Shown here in pieces: positions 1 through 9,946 of a stretch of 64,000 nucleotides of DNA. Location of the stretch: contig OZ241986.1 of assembly GCA_965204375.1 (NCBI GenBank), positions 512,001 to 576,000 of the forward strand, written 5' to 3'. The notes beneath the pieces were generated by a model. That model ran no database searches. It was not told where the DNA came from and saw nothing but the letters and a program-made list of their open reading frames with translations. The stretch's first letter is position 1, and every line of letters starts with the position of its first letter. The stretch is from Candidatus Latescibacterota bacterium (GTDB lineage Bacteria > Latescibacterota > UBA2968). The position numbers and the translations under genes were made by a program.

Positions 1-1523
1 TCGGTGTCTTGTTCCTGGACTTCGCGGACTCGTGACGCACCACAGGCAAGGGCGAGGTCGCGCATGGTGACCTGCGGTCCGGCTTCGCCGTCTATTTGAA
101 CGCCCTGGTCGGGGGTGGTTTGTCCGCCAGTGGTGAGCGAGCCGCCATTGTCGAGTACCATAACAATGGGTGTCGCACCTGTGGCGCGTGCATGGACGAG
201 GGCATTTATGCCGCCGTGATAAAAGGCGGAGTCGCCACATATCGCGATGGTGCGTTCGGCAATATCCGTTTTGCTCAGGCCACATGCCACGCCAATGGCA
301 GATCCCATCGAAAGTTTGGTGTCGATCATGGGGGCAGCCATTACCACGCATCCCGGGTCGGCAGATATAAAGGGATTTTGACCGAGGGCATTGGCTTCTT
401 CGCGTAGTGCAGTAAGGATTTCTGTGAAGGGGCAGCCAGCGCAGTGGTTTTTGCGAAAGGGTTTTTCGCTTTCCCAATTTTCTTCGGTGTAGCGCGTGGT
501 TGGCGAGAAATCCGGGAGATAGTTGTCGAGTGCAATTTGTATATGCCAGCGGAAGAGTTCCCCCACGCTGGTGAGATGTCCCGTGCGTTTGCCCAGGATT
601 GGCGGGGTAAAACCGGCGTCGTAACCAATGGCTTTGATGGCGTCTTCGATGTATGGATCGACTTCTTCAACGACGAGTACTTCACTACATTTTGAGAGAA
701 AGTCTGCGATGAGTTTTTGTGGTAGGGGATACAGGGCACTGAGTTTGAGGATGGAGAGGTCAGATGTGTCTGCCCCTTCGAATGCATCGAGGAGTTTGGT
801 GTGTACCATGCCACAGGCGATAATGCCTTTCTTTCCTTCGCCATCTATGCTATTGAAGGGCAGGTCGCTAAATTGTGCGGTGGCGCGCACGATTTTTTCG
901 TGTAATTCTGCGTGATTGCCTTCGGTGGTGCGCAGTGCCGATATCCAGCTCATTGGCTCGCGGTCGGGTTCGCGGGTGGGATGTTGCGCTGCGGGGCGAA
1001 AGTCGGAAAGGGCCTGCGTGCTGACGCTGTAACTTCTGGTCAGGCGCAAGATCACGATGGATTGCAGGCTTTCTGAGTATTCAAAAGCCCATTTTATCAT
1101 GTCGCGACCTTCTCCAGGCGTGGCGGGTTCGAGCATTGGAAGTTCGGCCAGGGGGCCAAGGGTGCGTGTATCTTGTTCGTTTTGCGATCCCCATGCGCCG
1201 GGATCATCGCCCATGACAATGACGAGTCCGGCGTGTACACCGGTCATGTTGAGCACCATCAGGGTATCGAGCGCGACGTTCATGCCCACGCTTTTGAGAC
1301 ATACGAGCGCACGCTTGCCGCCCTGTGATGCACCGGCAGCCATGTCCAGGGCAATGCGTTCATTGATACACCACTCGGCGTGGTGTCCGTGGTCTTTGGC
1401 CATTTCGGCCATGGCGTTAAAAGTGTTTGTGCCGGGTGAACCGGGATACCCGGTTACAACACCGACGCCCGCTTCTACCGCACCCCATGCCAGGGCGCGT
1501 TCTCCGTCAATGGTTTGGGTCAT
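1..1523 (-). CDS. iorA: Indolepyruvate:ferredoxin oxidoreductase alpha subunit (3' end runs off the window)
   Basis: Absent from the ORF track because no stop lies in the window. Hand translation from ATG 1523: MTQTIDGERALAWGAVEAGVGVVTGYPGSPGT...NERIALDMAAGA...KSVGMNVALD...GDDPG..GSQNEQD, later CAGCP and the TPP motif GDSAFYHGG...LDN. Confidence 0.85.
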   Translation of the reverse strand, partial: MTQTIDGERALAWGAVEAGVGVVTGYPGSPGTNTFNAMAEMAKDHGHHAEWCINERIALDMAAGASQGGKRALVCLKSVGMNVALDTLMVLNMTGVHAGLVIVMGDDPGAWGSQNEQDTRTLGPLAELPMLEPATPGEGRDMIKWAFEYSESLQSIVILRLTRSYSVSTQALSDFRPAAQHPTREPDREPMSWISALRTTEGNHAELHEKIVRATAQFSDLPFNSIDGEGKKGIIACGMVHTKLLDAFEGADTSDLSILKLSALYPLPQKLIADFLSKCSEVLVVEEVDPYIEDAIKAIGYDAGFTPPILGKRTGHLTSVGELFRWHIQIALDNYLPDFSPTTRYTEENWESEKPFRKNHCAGCPFTEILTALREEANALGQNPFISADPGCVVMAAPMIDTKLSMGSAIGVACGLSKTDIAERTIAICGDSAFYHGGINALVHARATGATPIVMVLDNGGSLTTGGQTTPDQGVQIDGEAGPQVTMRDLALACGASRVREVQEQDT

Positions 1524-1628
1524 TTTTATACTCCTGAATGAAAAATCGGGTGATAGCAGTGGAAATATTAAAGTGTGTATGGGCGTATTTGTCAAGCACA
1601 GAAGGGGTTGTACGGCGATGGGGTAAAA

Positions 1629-2999
1629 TCAAATAAATCCAATTATACGCCAGTATAACAGGGTCAGTGGTAGCAGTGCGATGAGCGTTACCAGAGAAAT
1701 CAGCGACATTACGAGTACGAATTGTCCCATTCGTGCATAGCGAAAGCTGTACGCGACAATAAATGGTGCACCCTGGTAGGGGATGAAAACCACGCCCGTG
1801 CCGATTGCCAGACTGAGGGCGATGGAAAGGGGCGACAGGCCGAGTTGAGGACCGAGGTCGAGCAAAAAGGGGGCGAGTACGCCACCGACCGCAGCGGTGT
1901 CCATTAAAAAATCAAATGGTACAGCCAAATACGCTATAAGGGCGAGTTGGGCAATGGGGGTTTCGACTGTTTGTAGATGGTGTATGAATACGGACGCGAG
2001 GGCGCGGTTGAGGCCAGATTGTTCGAGGGCGTGACCAATGGCAAAGACCGCGGAGATGAATATGAGAAGGGGAAAATTGACTTTTTTGATGGTGTCAAAG
2101 GGCAAAGGACCCCAGCCGGGCAGGTAGCAGAGGAGGACGAGGCTCAGGCCGATATAGACCGGGTGAATGCCGTGTATAACGTCGGTCGTCCACAGGAGAA
2201 CACCTGCGATGAGAATGCCGAGTATTTTTTTTTCGGGGCTGGTCATTTGGGCGGGGACATCAGCGATAGCAGAGTGAGCCGAGAGATCGGGTTCCCTCGA
2301 GGGGCGAAATAGTAAACGGATAAGGCCGTAGAGCAGGCCGACGCGCAGGAGGCCAATGATGGGAAAGAGATAATAGGCCCATTCGCTCCAATAGACTGTG
2401 ATATCGCGCGATTCCAGAACGCCGAGAATGACCAGATTGGGTACGCCAGCCGTCAGGATGCCCGTGCCGCTGTAATACGTGGCGCAGGTAAGCGAGAGGA
2501 CGAGAGCAGCACTGACTTTTGAGTTGGGAGCTTCGCCGAGGGTTTTGAGCAGAGAGACGACCATTGGCATCAAGATGAGGACGCGCACGACGCCAGAGGG
2601 AATCAACAGCGCCATTGTGAGGCCCAGGATGTGAAGGCCCAAAACGAGTTGCCGATACCCATTCAGGCGGCCGAGCACCCTTTGGGCCATTCGCGCGCCC
2701 AGGGGTGTTTCGGTAATGCCCAGGCTCAATGCCATTCCGGCAAAGACGAGCCAGACGGCTTTGCCGGAGAAGCCCTGAAAAGTGGTTTCAAAAGAGAGGA
2801 TGTCGAGAAGTGGGAAGAGCGTGAGGATGAAGATGGCGGTGTAGGAAATGGGGATGGGTTCAAAGGTCCAGAAAATAACGGTGAGCGCGGTGAGGCCGAG
2901 CGCCAGGCGGGCAGATGTGCCGAGGTCGCTGGGAAAAATAAACATAAATAGAGCCAGCGCGGGACCGAGGATGAGGCCAATGGTTTGGGAACGGGTCAT
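1629..2999 (-). CDS. DASS/SLC13 family anion:sodium symporter
   Basis: 456 aa, multi-TM; IFWTFEPIP, GFSGKAVWLVFAGMAL, LTAGVPNLV, IYWSEW-like motifs typical of SLC13. Confidence 0.8.
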   Translation of the reverse strand: MTRSQTIGLILGPALALFMFIFPSDLGTSARLALGLTALTVIFWTFEPIPISYTAIFILTLFPLLDILSFETTFQGFSGKAVWLVFAGMALSLGITETPLGARMAQRVLGRLNGYRQLVLGLHILGLTMALLIPSGVVRVLILMPMVVSLLKTLGEAPNSKVSAALVLSLTCATYYSGTGILTAGVPNLVILGVLESRDITVYWSEWAYYLFPIIGLLRVGLLYGLIRLLFRPSREPDLSAHSAIADVPAQMTSPEKKILGILIAGVLLWTTDVIHGIHPVYIGLSLVLLCYLPGWGPLPFDTIKKVNFPLLIFISAVFAIGHALEQSGLNRALASVFIHHLQTVETPIAQLALIAYLAVPFDFLMDTAAVGGVLAPFLLDLGPQLGLSPLSIALSLAIGTGVVFIPYQGAPFIVAYSFRYARMGQFVLVMSLISLVTLIALLPLTLLYWRIIGFI

Positions 3000-3139
3000 A
3001 TTAGTTATTTATTTTTTGGGATGTGCAGGCAAGATAAGGGGACATGGGGTGATGGACAAATGAATTGTGGGCAGAGGGATTCTCTATTGATTAAGTACAG
3101 AAAATCGCGTAGTTTAGCGCGCAGAAAGGAGAGAAAACT

Positions 3140-4309
3140 ATGAATTTTAGAGGCAAATTGGTTGATACATCGCAGGTCGTAACCGTGCAAACAGATGGCG
3201 GGCAGATCGCAGCTATTCATCGCGAGGGGGCGGGAGATGCGATTGGTGGAAACGATGTGTGGATTGCGCCAGCGATTTTTGATGTGCAGGTTAATGGTGT
3301 GGGTGGGATCAACTATAAAGCCAAAGATTTGACGGTGGAGAAAATTGTGGAGACGGCGGCGTGGATGCACAGGACGGGCACGGGTTTGTGGTGTCCCACG
3401 GTGACGACTTCGTCTGAGGAAGATGCGGTTCACGGTCTGGCACTGTTGGCAAAGGCATGTGAGGAGTCAGAAGTCGCGCGCACGTCTTTTGTGGGGTTTC
3501 ACGTTGAGGGACCTTATATCGCGTCTGAAGATGGTCCCCGCGGGGCGCATCCTCTGGAACATGTGCGCGATCCGGATTGGGATGAATTTCAGCGGTATCA
3601 AGAAGCGGCTGGTGGGCGTATTGCGATTTTTACGCTTGCGCCCGAGCGAGACGGCGCATTGGAATTTATTGAGAAGGTGGCTGCAACGGGTGTTATTGTT
3701 TCTATTGGTCATTCGGGCGCGAGTCCCGAGCGTATCCAGGAGGCGGTTGCCGCCGGTGCCCAGATGTCAACCCATCTGGGCAATGGTGCGCATGCCGAGT
3801 TGCCGCGCCATCCCAATTATATATGGGAACAACTCGCTGCAGATGCGTTGTGGGCAGGGATTATTCCCGACGGGTTCCACCTGCCGCCAGCGGTGTTGAA
3901 GAGTTTTTATCGCGCAAAAGGCAAAGAGCGCCTATGTCTGGTGAGCGATGTGGCATCTATCGCTGGCTTGTCGCCGGGTATTTACGGCAGCGAGAGCGGG
4001 TTGGGACAGAGCGAGTTGCACGCCAATGGCAAAATTTCTCTGGCGGGAACGCCTTATCTGGCGGGTGCGGGTTTGTTTCTGGACAGTGGTATCCCCAATG
4101 CGGTGAGGTTTACAGATGCTTCGCTATCCGATGCGATTGAGATGACATCGATCAATCCGGCGCGTTTGTTGGGTATAGAAGACCGCGTGGGGTCTGTGGA
4201 GGTCGGAAAAGAGGCGAGTCTGTCTCTGTTCCGCTGGGAAGAGGGGCAGGAGAAATTGGATGTGGTGGCAACGGTTGTGCGTGGGCAGGTCGTTTATCAG
4301 GCTGCATAA
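3140..4309 (+). CDS. nagA: N-acetylglucosamine-6-phosphate deacetylase (amidohydrolase)
   Basis: DVQVNG, GFHVEGPYI, GAHP, TLAPE, SIGHS, THLGN, DGFHL, LVSD motifs; AAGGAG RBS upstream. Confidence 0.85.
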   Translation: MNFRGKLVDTSQVVTVQTDGGQIAAIHREGAGDAIGGNDVWIAPAIFDVQVNGVGGINYKAKDLTVEKIVETAAWMHRTGTGLWCPTVTTSSEEDAVHGLALLAKACEESEVARTSFVGFHVEGPYIASEDGPRGAHPLEHVRDPDWDEFQRYQEAAGGRIAIFTLAPERDGALEFIEKVAATGVIVSIGHSGASPERIQEAVAAGAQMSTHLGNGAHAELPRHPNYIWEQLAADALWAGIIPDGFHLPPAVLKSFYRAKGKERLCLVSDVASIAGLSPGIYGSESGLGQSELHANGKISLAGTPYLAGAGLFLDSGIPNAVRFTDASLSDAIEMTSINPARLLGIEDRVGSVEVGKEASLSLFRWEEGQEKLDVVATVVRGQVVYQAA

Positions 4310-4320
4310 AGGAATGCAAT

Positions 4321-5169
4321 ATGGCGAAGAAAAAGGTTGTTCTAACAGGCGCGTCGGGCTATGTGGCAGGGCGGATGTTATCGGCATTGCGTGCGAGGTA
4401 CGATCTGACATTGCTGGATGTGAAGACGACCGACCGCGAGGGTGAAGCGGTTGAAGGTGTGCAAATTGTAGATTTGGAAAATCCAGACCGGGATGCGTAT
4501 CGCGCCCATTTTCAAGGTGCCGATGCCGTGGTACACAGCGGGTTTAAGGGGACTGTTGATTGGCAGCATACGGATTATTGGAAGGAGTCCGATAATGTTC
4601 GGATGTGCTACAATGTGTACCAAACGTGTGTCGAAGAGGGTGTGAAACGCATTGTTGTGATGAGTTCAAATCACGCATGCGATTTTTACGAGCGGTTGAT
4701 CTGGTCTGACCAATTGGATTTTGCCACGACTGATATGCTGCCCCTGTCTGATAATTTTTACGGTTGGGCAAAGTCGTCGTACGAACATCTGGCCTTTGTG
4801 TTTGCAACGGGCAATGCGACCAATGGCAAGCGGTTGGAGAGTGTTCACATTCGCATTGGTGCGCCTCGAGATACCATTATGGAAGGACAGTCGGCGGATG
4901 ATTTGAAGCAGTTGCACCGCGAATTGGGCGCATATTTGAGTGCGCGGGATTTGTCGCAACTGGTGATTAAGAGTATTGAGGCAGAGAATATTGAAGATGA
5001 AAATGGGGTGCCGTTTCAGGTGTTTTTTGGCATTAGTGGGAATACGCATCGGTTCTGGAATATCGACAATGCAAGGCGCATTGTGGGATATGCGCCAGAG
5101 GATGATAGCCAGATTCGGTTTGCGGGGGAGATTGCAGAGATTATCCGAGAGGCGCAGAAAAAGCAATAG
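4321..5169 (+). CDS. NAD-dependent epimerase/dehydratase (uronate dehydrogenase-like extended SDR)
   Basis: LTGASGYVA Rossmann motif, SSNHA, YGWAK (YxxxK), IRIG, GYAPEDD. Confidence 0.8.
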   Translation: MAKKKVVLTGASGYVAGRMLSALRARYDLTLLDVKTTDREGEAVEGVQIVDLENPDRDAYRAHFQGADAVVHSGFKGTVDWQHTDYWKESDNVRMCYNVYQTCVEEGVKRIVVMSSNHACDFYERLIWSDQLDFATTDMLPLSDNFYGWAKSSYEHLAFVFATGNATNGKRLESVHIRIGAPRDTIMEGQSADDLKQLHRELGAYLSARDLSQLVIKSIEAENIEDENGVPFQVFFGISGNTHRFWNIDNARRIVGYAPEDDSQIRFAGEIAEIIREAQKKQ

Positions 5170-5181
5170 CGGGTTCTGAAT

Positions 5182-6306
5182 ATGAAAATTACGGGATTTG
5201 AGACGATTCCCATTCGGGGTCGGGCGATGGTTTTGAAGATGTTTACGGATGAGGGATTGGTGGGGTATGGCGAGCCGATGAATTACGAGCATTGGCGCGT
5301 GGTGGCGCAGGCTGTAGAGGATATGGCCGAGTACCTGGTGGGCAAAGATCCGCTGAATATCGAAGATCACTGGCAGGCGATGTATCGCTCGAGTTATAGC
5401 CGGAGTATGCCGGTGTTGGTCGGTGCGCTGAGTGGGATTGAGATGGCGATGTGGGATGTGTTTGGCAAAATGGTTGGGCTGCCGGTCTGGAAGCTTTTGG
5501 GTGGGAAAGTTCGCGATCGCATTCGCGTGTACACAGGGACGGGTGGGACGACGCCAGAAGAGTGTGCGGAGAATGCGAGTCAAAAGGTGGCAGAGGGTTT
5601 TCGCGCTGTAAAGATGGGGGCTTCGCCGAGTCCTGTGAGATTTGTCGATACGCCAGAGAAAATAGATTTTATGGTTTCGCGCGTTGCTGCGGTGCGCGAA
5701 GCTGTGGGCTATTCGGTCGATATTGCGGTGGATTTGCATCGGCGGTTGAGTCCGACGATGGCCGCGATTTTGGTGAAGGAGTTGGAGCCGCTGTGTCCAC
5801 TGTTTGCAGAGGAGCCGTGTCATCCAGAAAATAACGAGGCGTTATTGGCGCTGTCCCGGGGCACAACTGTGCCCATTGCCACGGGCGAACGGCATTTGAC
5901 GCGCTGGGGATTTCGCGAGCTTATCGAGCGAGAGATGTGCGCGATTTTGCAACCGGATATTCGCCATTGTGGGGGGATGTTGGAATTGAAAAAGATCGCG
6001 GGGATGGCAGAGATTCACAATATGGCGATTGCGCCTCACAATGCCGCTGGACCTGTGGGGGTGGCAGCGTCGGTGCATGTGATGGCAACGATTCCAAATT
6101 TGTTGATTTGCGAGGGCGGTCATAACCGTGGAGAAGGTTTGTTCAGGACGCCTCTAATTTTTCGAGATGGTTTTATTGAATTGCCGACCGAGCCGGGTTT
6201 GGGTGTGGATATGGACGATGATGCGCTCGAGGCATTGCGCGATGAATCTTATCGCCTGCGCGGGATGTTCTGGCATGAAGATGATGGATCTTTTGCGGAT
6301 TATTGA
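5182..6306 (+). CDS. dgoD: Galactonate dehydratase-like enzyme (mandelate racemase/enolase superfamily)
   Basis: TDEGLVGYGEP, ALSGIEMAMWD, LLGGKVRDRIRVY, KxK-type AVKM, DLHRR, EEP, GER, ILQPD, APHN, PGLGV. Confidence 0.7.
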   Translation: MKITGFETIPIRGRAMVLKMFTDEGLVGYGEPMNYEHWRVVAQAVEDMAEYLVGKDPLNIEDHWQAMYRSSYSRSMPVLVGALSGIEMAMWDVFGKMVGLPVWKLLGGKVRDRIRVYTGTGGTTPEECAENASQKVAEGFRAVKMGASPSPVRFVDTPEKIDFMVSRVAAVREAVGYSVDIAVDLHRRLSPTMAAILVKELEPLCPLFAEEPCHPENNEALLALSRGTTVPIATGERHLTRWGFRELIEREMCAILQPDIRHCGGMLELKKIAGMAEIHNMAIAPHNAAGPVGVAASVHVMATIPNLLICEGGHNRGEGLFRTPLIFRDGFIELPTEPGLGVDMDDDALEALRDESYRLRGMFWHEDDGSFADY

Positions 6307-6310
6307 GAAA

Positions 6311-7507
6311 ATGCGTTTGATGATCATTGTGATTCTGTTGCTATTTGCAAGCGGTTATGTGGAGGCGATAGAGAGAGATGTGTCGGCAATCCGACGGGAA
6401 TACAACGATGTGTCCGCTGTTGTAGATAGTCTCGTGCGAATGATGCAAGTAGCAGATGCCGAGGTGCTGAAAAAACTGCCCGAGGTACGTCCCGAGCGCA
6501 TGCTGCCCGAGGGGATGACGGCTGTGATGATTTTTTGGGCGGATGACGAAGCGCGGGTTTGGCTCAATGATTTTCCCGTGGGGGAGACCCGGTTGACGCC
6601 CGTGGAAGTGATCGTTCCTGATTTGTATTTTCAAGGGCAAAATCGCCTGCGTGTGCGGTGCTGGGATACGGATCGGGTGGAAAGTGGTTTTTTGGGGGGG
6701 TTATACCTGAAAGGTGGCGCTGGAAGGTTGTACCCCATTGTGGTTTCCAATGGGACATGGGAGACCGCAGGAGGACGGGCTACGGAAATTACTTATGCCC
6801 ATCCAATGCCGGATATTCCCGGCGCGCAACCCATTTGGGGTATGCGCATGTTTGGGTTTGTCGATATGGCTATCACATTTGACCGGGGTGCGATTGATCG
6901 CGCGCTTGCAGAAAGCGCGTCCGCAAGACCAATGGCTGCGCGGCAACAGGCGATGGATTATCACACCTTTGCTCAGCAACTCGCTATTTTGCAGGCTCGA
7001 AGAGAAAAGTTAAGAGCAGATTTAGCGCGTGAGGGCGACCTGAGCGTGCCGCTTTACAATCGGGAACGCGCCCGTTCTGCATCGCTGACACTGGGAAAAG
7101 CCGCACCTTTGACCGAAAAGGTGTCGGCACCGGTGGCAGAAAATGTGCGATCCTGGTCGGAGAAGTTACCGGCGGTGCAGCAGCAGTTGATTTATCCAGA
7201 CCGCCGTGCGTTAAAAGGGGAAGGTTCTGTAACTGCGACCACGGGTGATGCGGTTCCCACCGCGAGTGATCGCGGCAGTCGCGAGCAGGCGTATCGCCCT
7301 CCTGACGAACGCGGTGGGATGAAAAGTGAAACGAACGATGAGGGCGTCAATGCGCAGGTGCAGCCGCAGGGGATGAGACGCGGAGGTGGGGGTGGGCAGT
7401 CGAGTCAGGCCACGCGATTGGGATTGTTGTTGCCAACGCTGATCGTGGGAATTTATGTGTTGTATGTGGCCATACGCTGGCAATCGTTAATGGGAGAAAG
7501 CGATTGA
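6311..7507 (+). CDS. Hypothetical exported protein with jelly-roll/lectin-like segment and C-terminal TM anchor
   Basis: Start reassigned to ATG 6311 (MRLMIIVILLLFASGYVEA signal peptide); FWADDEARVWLN..VG module; Gly-rich linker, then a TM helix near the C-terminus. Confidence 0.65.
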   Translation: MRLMIIVILLLFASGYVEAIERDVSAIRREYNDVSAVVDSLVRMMQVADAEVLKKLPEVRPERMLPEGMTAVMIFWADDEARVWLNDFPVGETRLTPVEVIVPDLYFQGQNRLRVRCWDTDRVESGFLGGLYLKGGAGRLYPIVVSNGTWETAGGRATEITYAHPMPDIPGAQPIWGMRMFGFVDMAITFDRGAIDRALAESASARPMAARQQAMDYHTFAQQLAILQARREKLRADLAREGDLSVPLYNRERARSASLTLGKAAPLTEKVSAPVAENVRSWSEKLPAVQQQLIYPDRRALKGEGSVTATTGDAVPTASDRGSREQAYRPPDERGGMKSETNDEGVNAQVQPQGMRRGGGGGQSSQATRLGLLLPTLIVGIYVLYVAIRWQSLMGESD

Positions 7508-8265
7508 TGTACGGATTACACTGGTCTGAATCGTTGTCGTTGGGTCTTTTTTGGGTGGTGTGTGCTATAGCAGGCGCATTGATTTTAATGCAACGCTTAA
7601 GTGCTATTTGTCGTTATGAAAAACAATTTGGCCTGTCTGATTCCAATTGGCCTGGTGCGATAATAGGTGGATTGGGCGGTGCTGGCGTGGCGAGTATTGG
7701 TATTTATTTTTATTTTTTTGCACCAGCAGCCGCGGGTTGGGTCGAGTGGACGGGGCGTTCGGCTTATGTGCTCGTTTTGGGCAGTTCGGCAGCGCATCTG
7801 GTCACGTTTATTCATTTTTGGCGGCGATTGGGCGCAGAAGGTGCGGATACAGGTAATTTGACTGTATTGCGCCAGGAGCAGGTGGCTGAATTTCGCCAGA
7901 GCCGCGAAAATTATGCGGACTTAAAAGCGCGCGATGACGAGGCAGTAGATGAGTTACTCGCTGTGTTTGGCGAGCGGTTGTTGTCCGGGCAGCGCGCTTT
8001 GAGTCGCATTCCGTTTTATGGGTATTTGGGGACTGTGTGTGGTATTTTGCTGATGGCCGAAGAACTGACCCGACTGGATGAGGCGACCGAGACGTTTAAG
8101 GTATTGCGCGATATGGCAGGTGGATTGGTGCTGGCATTTCAGACAACACTCGTCGCCTTGCTGGCCTATTTGCCGCTTCGAAAGGGCTATGATATGTTGC
8201 TGAATAGGATGTCTAATCTGGAACGCAAATGGTTGGATATGCGCGAAGAGGAGAAAAGAGGGTGA
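7507..8265 (+). CDS. MotA/TolQ/ExbB proton-channel family protein
   Basis: RIPFYGYLGTVCGI and GGLVLAFQTTLVAL match the TM2/TM3 signature; TGATG overlap with the upstream gene. Confidence 0.75.
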   Translation: MYGLHWSESLSLGLFWVVCAIAGALILMQRLSAICRYEKQFGLSDSNWPGAIIGGLGGAGVASIGIYFYFFAPAAAGWVEWTGRSAYVLVLGSSAAHLVTFIHFWRRLGAEGADTGNLTVLRQEQVAEFRQSRENYADLKARDDEAVDELLAVFGERLLSGQRALSRIPFYGYLGTVCGILLMAEELTRLDEATETFKVLRDMAGGLVLAFQTTLVALLAYLPLRKGYDMLLNRMSNLERKWLDMREEEKRG

Positions 8266-8684
8266 GGCGACGTTTTTTACAGCGTGCGGTGGCCGAAGCC
8301 GAAGCGCACGATGTGAGCAAAGAGTTGTTCCTGGGCATTATGATGTTGATGCTGTGCCTGGGGATTATGATTTTGAATGTGTCACAGCCCGTGTGGCGCG
8401 TCTATCACCACAATCCCGAGCCAGGAGATGTGGTGATTTTATATACTTCCAGAGGTCTGGCGTTTTCAGAAGATGGGCGATCTGCAACACGCAGTTTGGT
8501 GCCGGGCGAGTTTCGGAAAACAGTGAATGATCTGGTTGCGGAACCCGATCGTAATTTGCATCTGTTTCTGAAGGGGGGCAGCCGAGAGCGTATGGTCAAT
8601 GACGCGGCTTATGCGGATTCTCTTTTGTCTGCTGGCACAGCGGGCCAAAAGGTGCGCCCCGCCGTATATGTACATTTGTGGTAA
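8262..8684 (+). CDS. ExbD/TolR-like single-TM partner protein
   Basis: GTG start overlapping the MotA-like stop; one N-terminal TM, then a small alpha/beta periplasmic domain; position after a MotA-family gene. Confidence 0.5.
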   Translation: MRRRFLQRAVAEAEAHDVSKELFLGIMMLMLCLGIMILNVSQPVWRVYHHNPEPGDVVILYTSRGLAFSEDGRSATRSLVPGEFRKTVNDLVAEPDRNLHLFLKGGSRERMVNDAAYADSLLSAGTAGQKVRPAVYVHLW

Positions 8685-8703
8685 ATCGCAATAGTTCTGA
8701 ATC

Positions 8704-8730
8704 AAAACCCGGTGAGATCACCGGGTTTTT
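8704..8730. terminator. Bidirectional intrinsic terminator
   Basis: AAAACCCGGTGA-GA-TCACCGGGTTTT between convergent genes. Confidence 0.85.
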
Positions 8731-9497
8731 TATTTTTTACTTTTGAGGGTGCGGGCGAATAAGTCGAGAACCGCATCCCAGGATTTTTCAGCGGCTTTCT
8801 CGTGGTAGTGCGTTAAACGCTGGGGGAAGAAATAGCCGTGTAGCGCGCCGGGCATAAAGTCAATGCGGTGTGGGACGTTACAGCGGGTGAGTTCGGTTTT
8901 GTAGAGTTGTAAGTGTTCTTCGGTTGCGCCAGCATCCTGGTCTGCCCAGCCAAAGTAGCCTTCGGCTCTGAGTTTGGGAATGGCGAGATGGGGCGAGTCT
9001 GAGGCATCGGTGACGAGTTTGCCGCCGTGAATGGAGGCAAAGGCCAAAACGTGATCGGGATAGGTTGCCGCTGCAAAGAGGGCGTGGCGGCCGCCCATAC
9101 AGGTGCCGATAGTGCCGACCCGTTGGGCATTGGCTTGAGGTTCTTCGTTGTCGAGGTGGCGAAGCAGTGCGCCCGTGTCGTCGATGACCATGGCATTGGT
9201 GGTGCTGGTGTTGAGGTTCATCGGGTGCAGGGGATCCGTTTTTTCGAGATTGAGATTGCCGCTCATGAATTTTTCGGGATTGTAAGATGGATTGCCCATG
9301 CGATAAAATAGGGAGGGTAGGACGGTGTAATAACCCGCGCGAGCAAAACGACGGCACATGTTTTTTATTTCGTCGCGAATGCCAAATATGTCAAAGTAGA
9401 AGATGACAGCGGGATGTGGTCCTTCGCCTTCTGGTTGAAAGACATAGGTGGGCATTATGCCGTCTGAAGTTGCAACTTCAATGGTTTTTTCAATCAT
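8730..9497 (-). CDS. Dienelactone hydrolase family protein
   Basis: DIFGIR, GTCMGG (GxCxGG nucleophile), ALHGY catalytic His. Confidence 0.85.
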   Translation of the reverse strand: MIEKTIEVATSDGIMPTYVFQPEGEGPHPAVIFYFDIFGIRDEIKNMCRRFARAGYYTVLPSLFYRMGNPSYNPEKFMSGNLNLEKTDPLHPMNLNTSTTNAMVIDDTGALLRHLDNEEPQANAQRVGTIGTCMGGRHALFAAATYPDHVLAFASIHGGKLVTDASDSPHLAIPKLRAEGYFGWADQDAGATEEHLQLYKTELTRCNVPHRIDFMPGALHGYFFPQRLTHYHEKAAEKSWDAVLDLFARTLKSKK

Positions 9498-9520
9498 CGC
9501 GTTTATCCTTTGTTACAAAG

Positions 9521-9940
9521 CTATGTCCCCCCGATTTTGCGTTCATACTCCCTGATCCCATTGGCGACAGCCGATCCATGACAGTGTTGATCCAGCAAGT
9601 CAACAATGTTGCGCGTCCTGCGTATCCAAAGCGCCACAATATTTTTGTTTTCGGGCTTTGGATCGCGCATTCGATAATCCGCTGTGATTCTTAGACTGTG
9701 AAGGCGTCCCAGCAGGTTTCCCGCTCTCTCAATATAGACATTACCACTGTTGCTTAGATATCGGACCACTTCGCCATGATTTAGACGTTCCCAGGCCTGG
9801 TTCAGCTTTACCAAATGCTCAAGTGCTGCATTAAATGCCGCATAATAGGTACGACTGATAGCAGTTCTCAGGTCTGCTGCCGTTGCCGAAGTCTTATTCG
9901 CCAATTCACTGGCTGTAGTGAGAAAGTCCCTCGGGTCCAT
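9521..9940 (-). CDS. HEPN domain protein (UPF0332-like), putative toxin
   Basis: LRTAISRTYYAAFNAA, HGEV, LHSLRITADY, typical of the RxxxDY HEPN subgroup. Confidence 0.7.
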   Translation of the reverse strand: MDPRDFLTTASELANKTSATAADLRTAISRTYYAAFNAALEHLVKLNQAWERLNHGEVVRYLSNSGNVYIERAGNLLGRLHSLRITADYRMRDPKPENKNIVALWIRRTRNIVDLLDQHCHGSAVANGIREYERKIGGT

Positions 9941-9946
9941 AAGCAG

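Noticed and set aside
4702-4712. TGGTCTGACCA (and TGGTCCGACCA at 37583-37593) as extra FadR operators
   Set aside because: Deep inside coding regions, explained by W-S-D codons, and lacking the AT-rich palindromic flanks.
4666-5823. 385-aa minus-strand ORF, and similar long antisense ORFs (11275-12453, 34287-35447, 39138-40046, 56413-57336)
   Set aside because: They lie opposite well-supported genes, lack motifs and have shadow-frame composition.
7375-7507. GlyGly-CTERM (rhombosortase) sorting signal
   Set aside because: Gly run and TM are present, but the terminal basic cluster is missing (acidic tail) and no rhombosortase is in the window.
7507-8684. Zorya (ZorAB) anti-phage system
   Set aside because: No long ZorA tail, no OmpA domain in the partner, no ZorC/D/E nearby.
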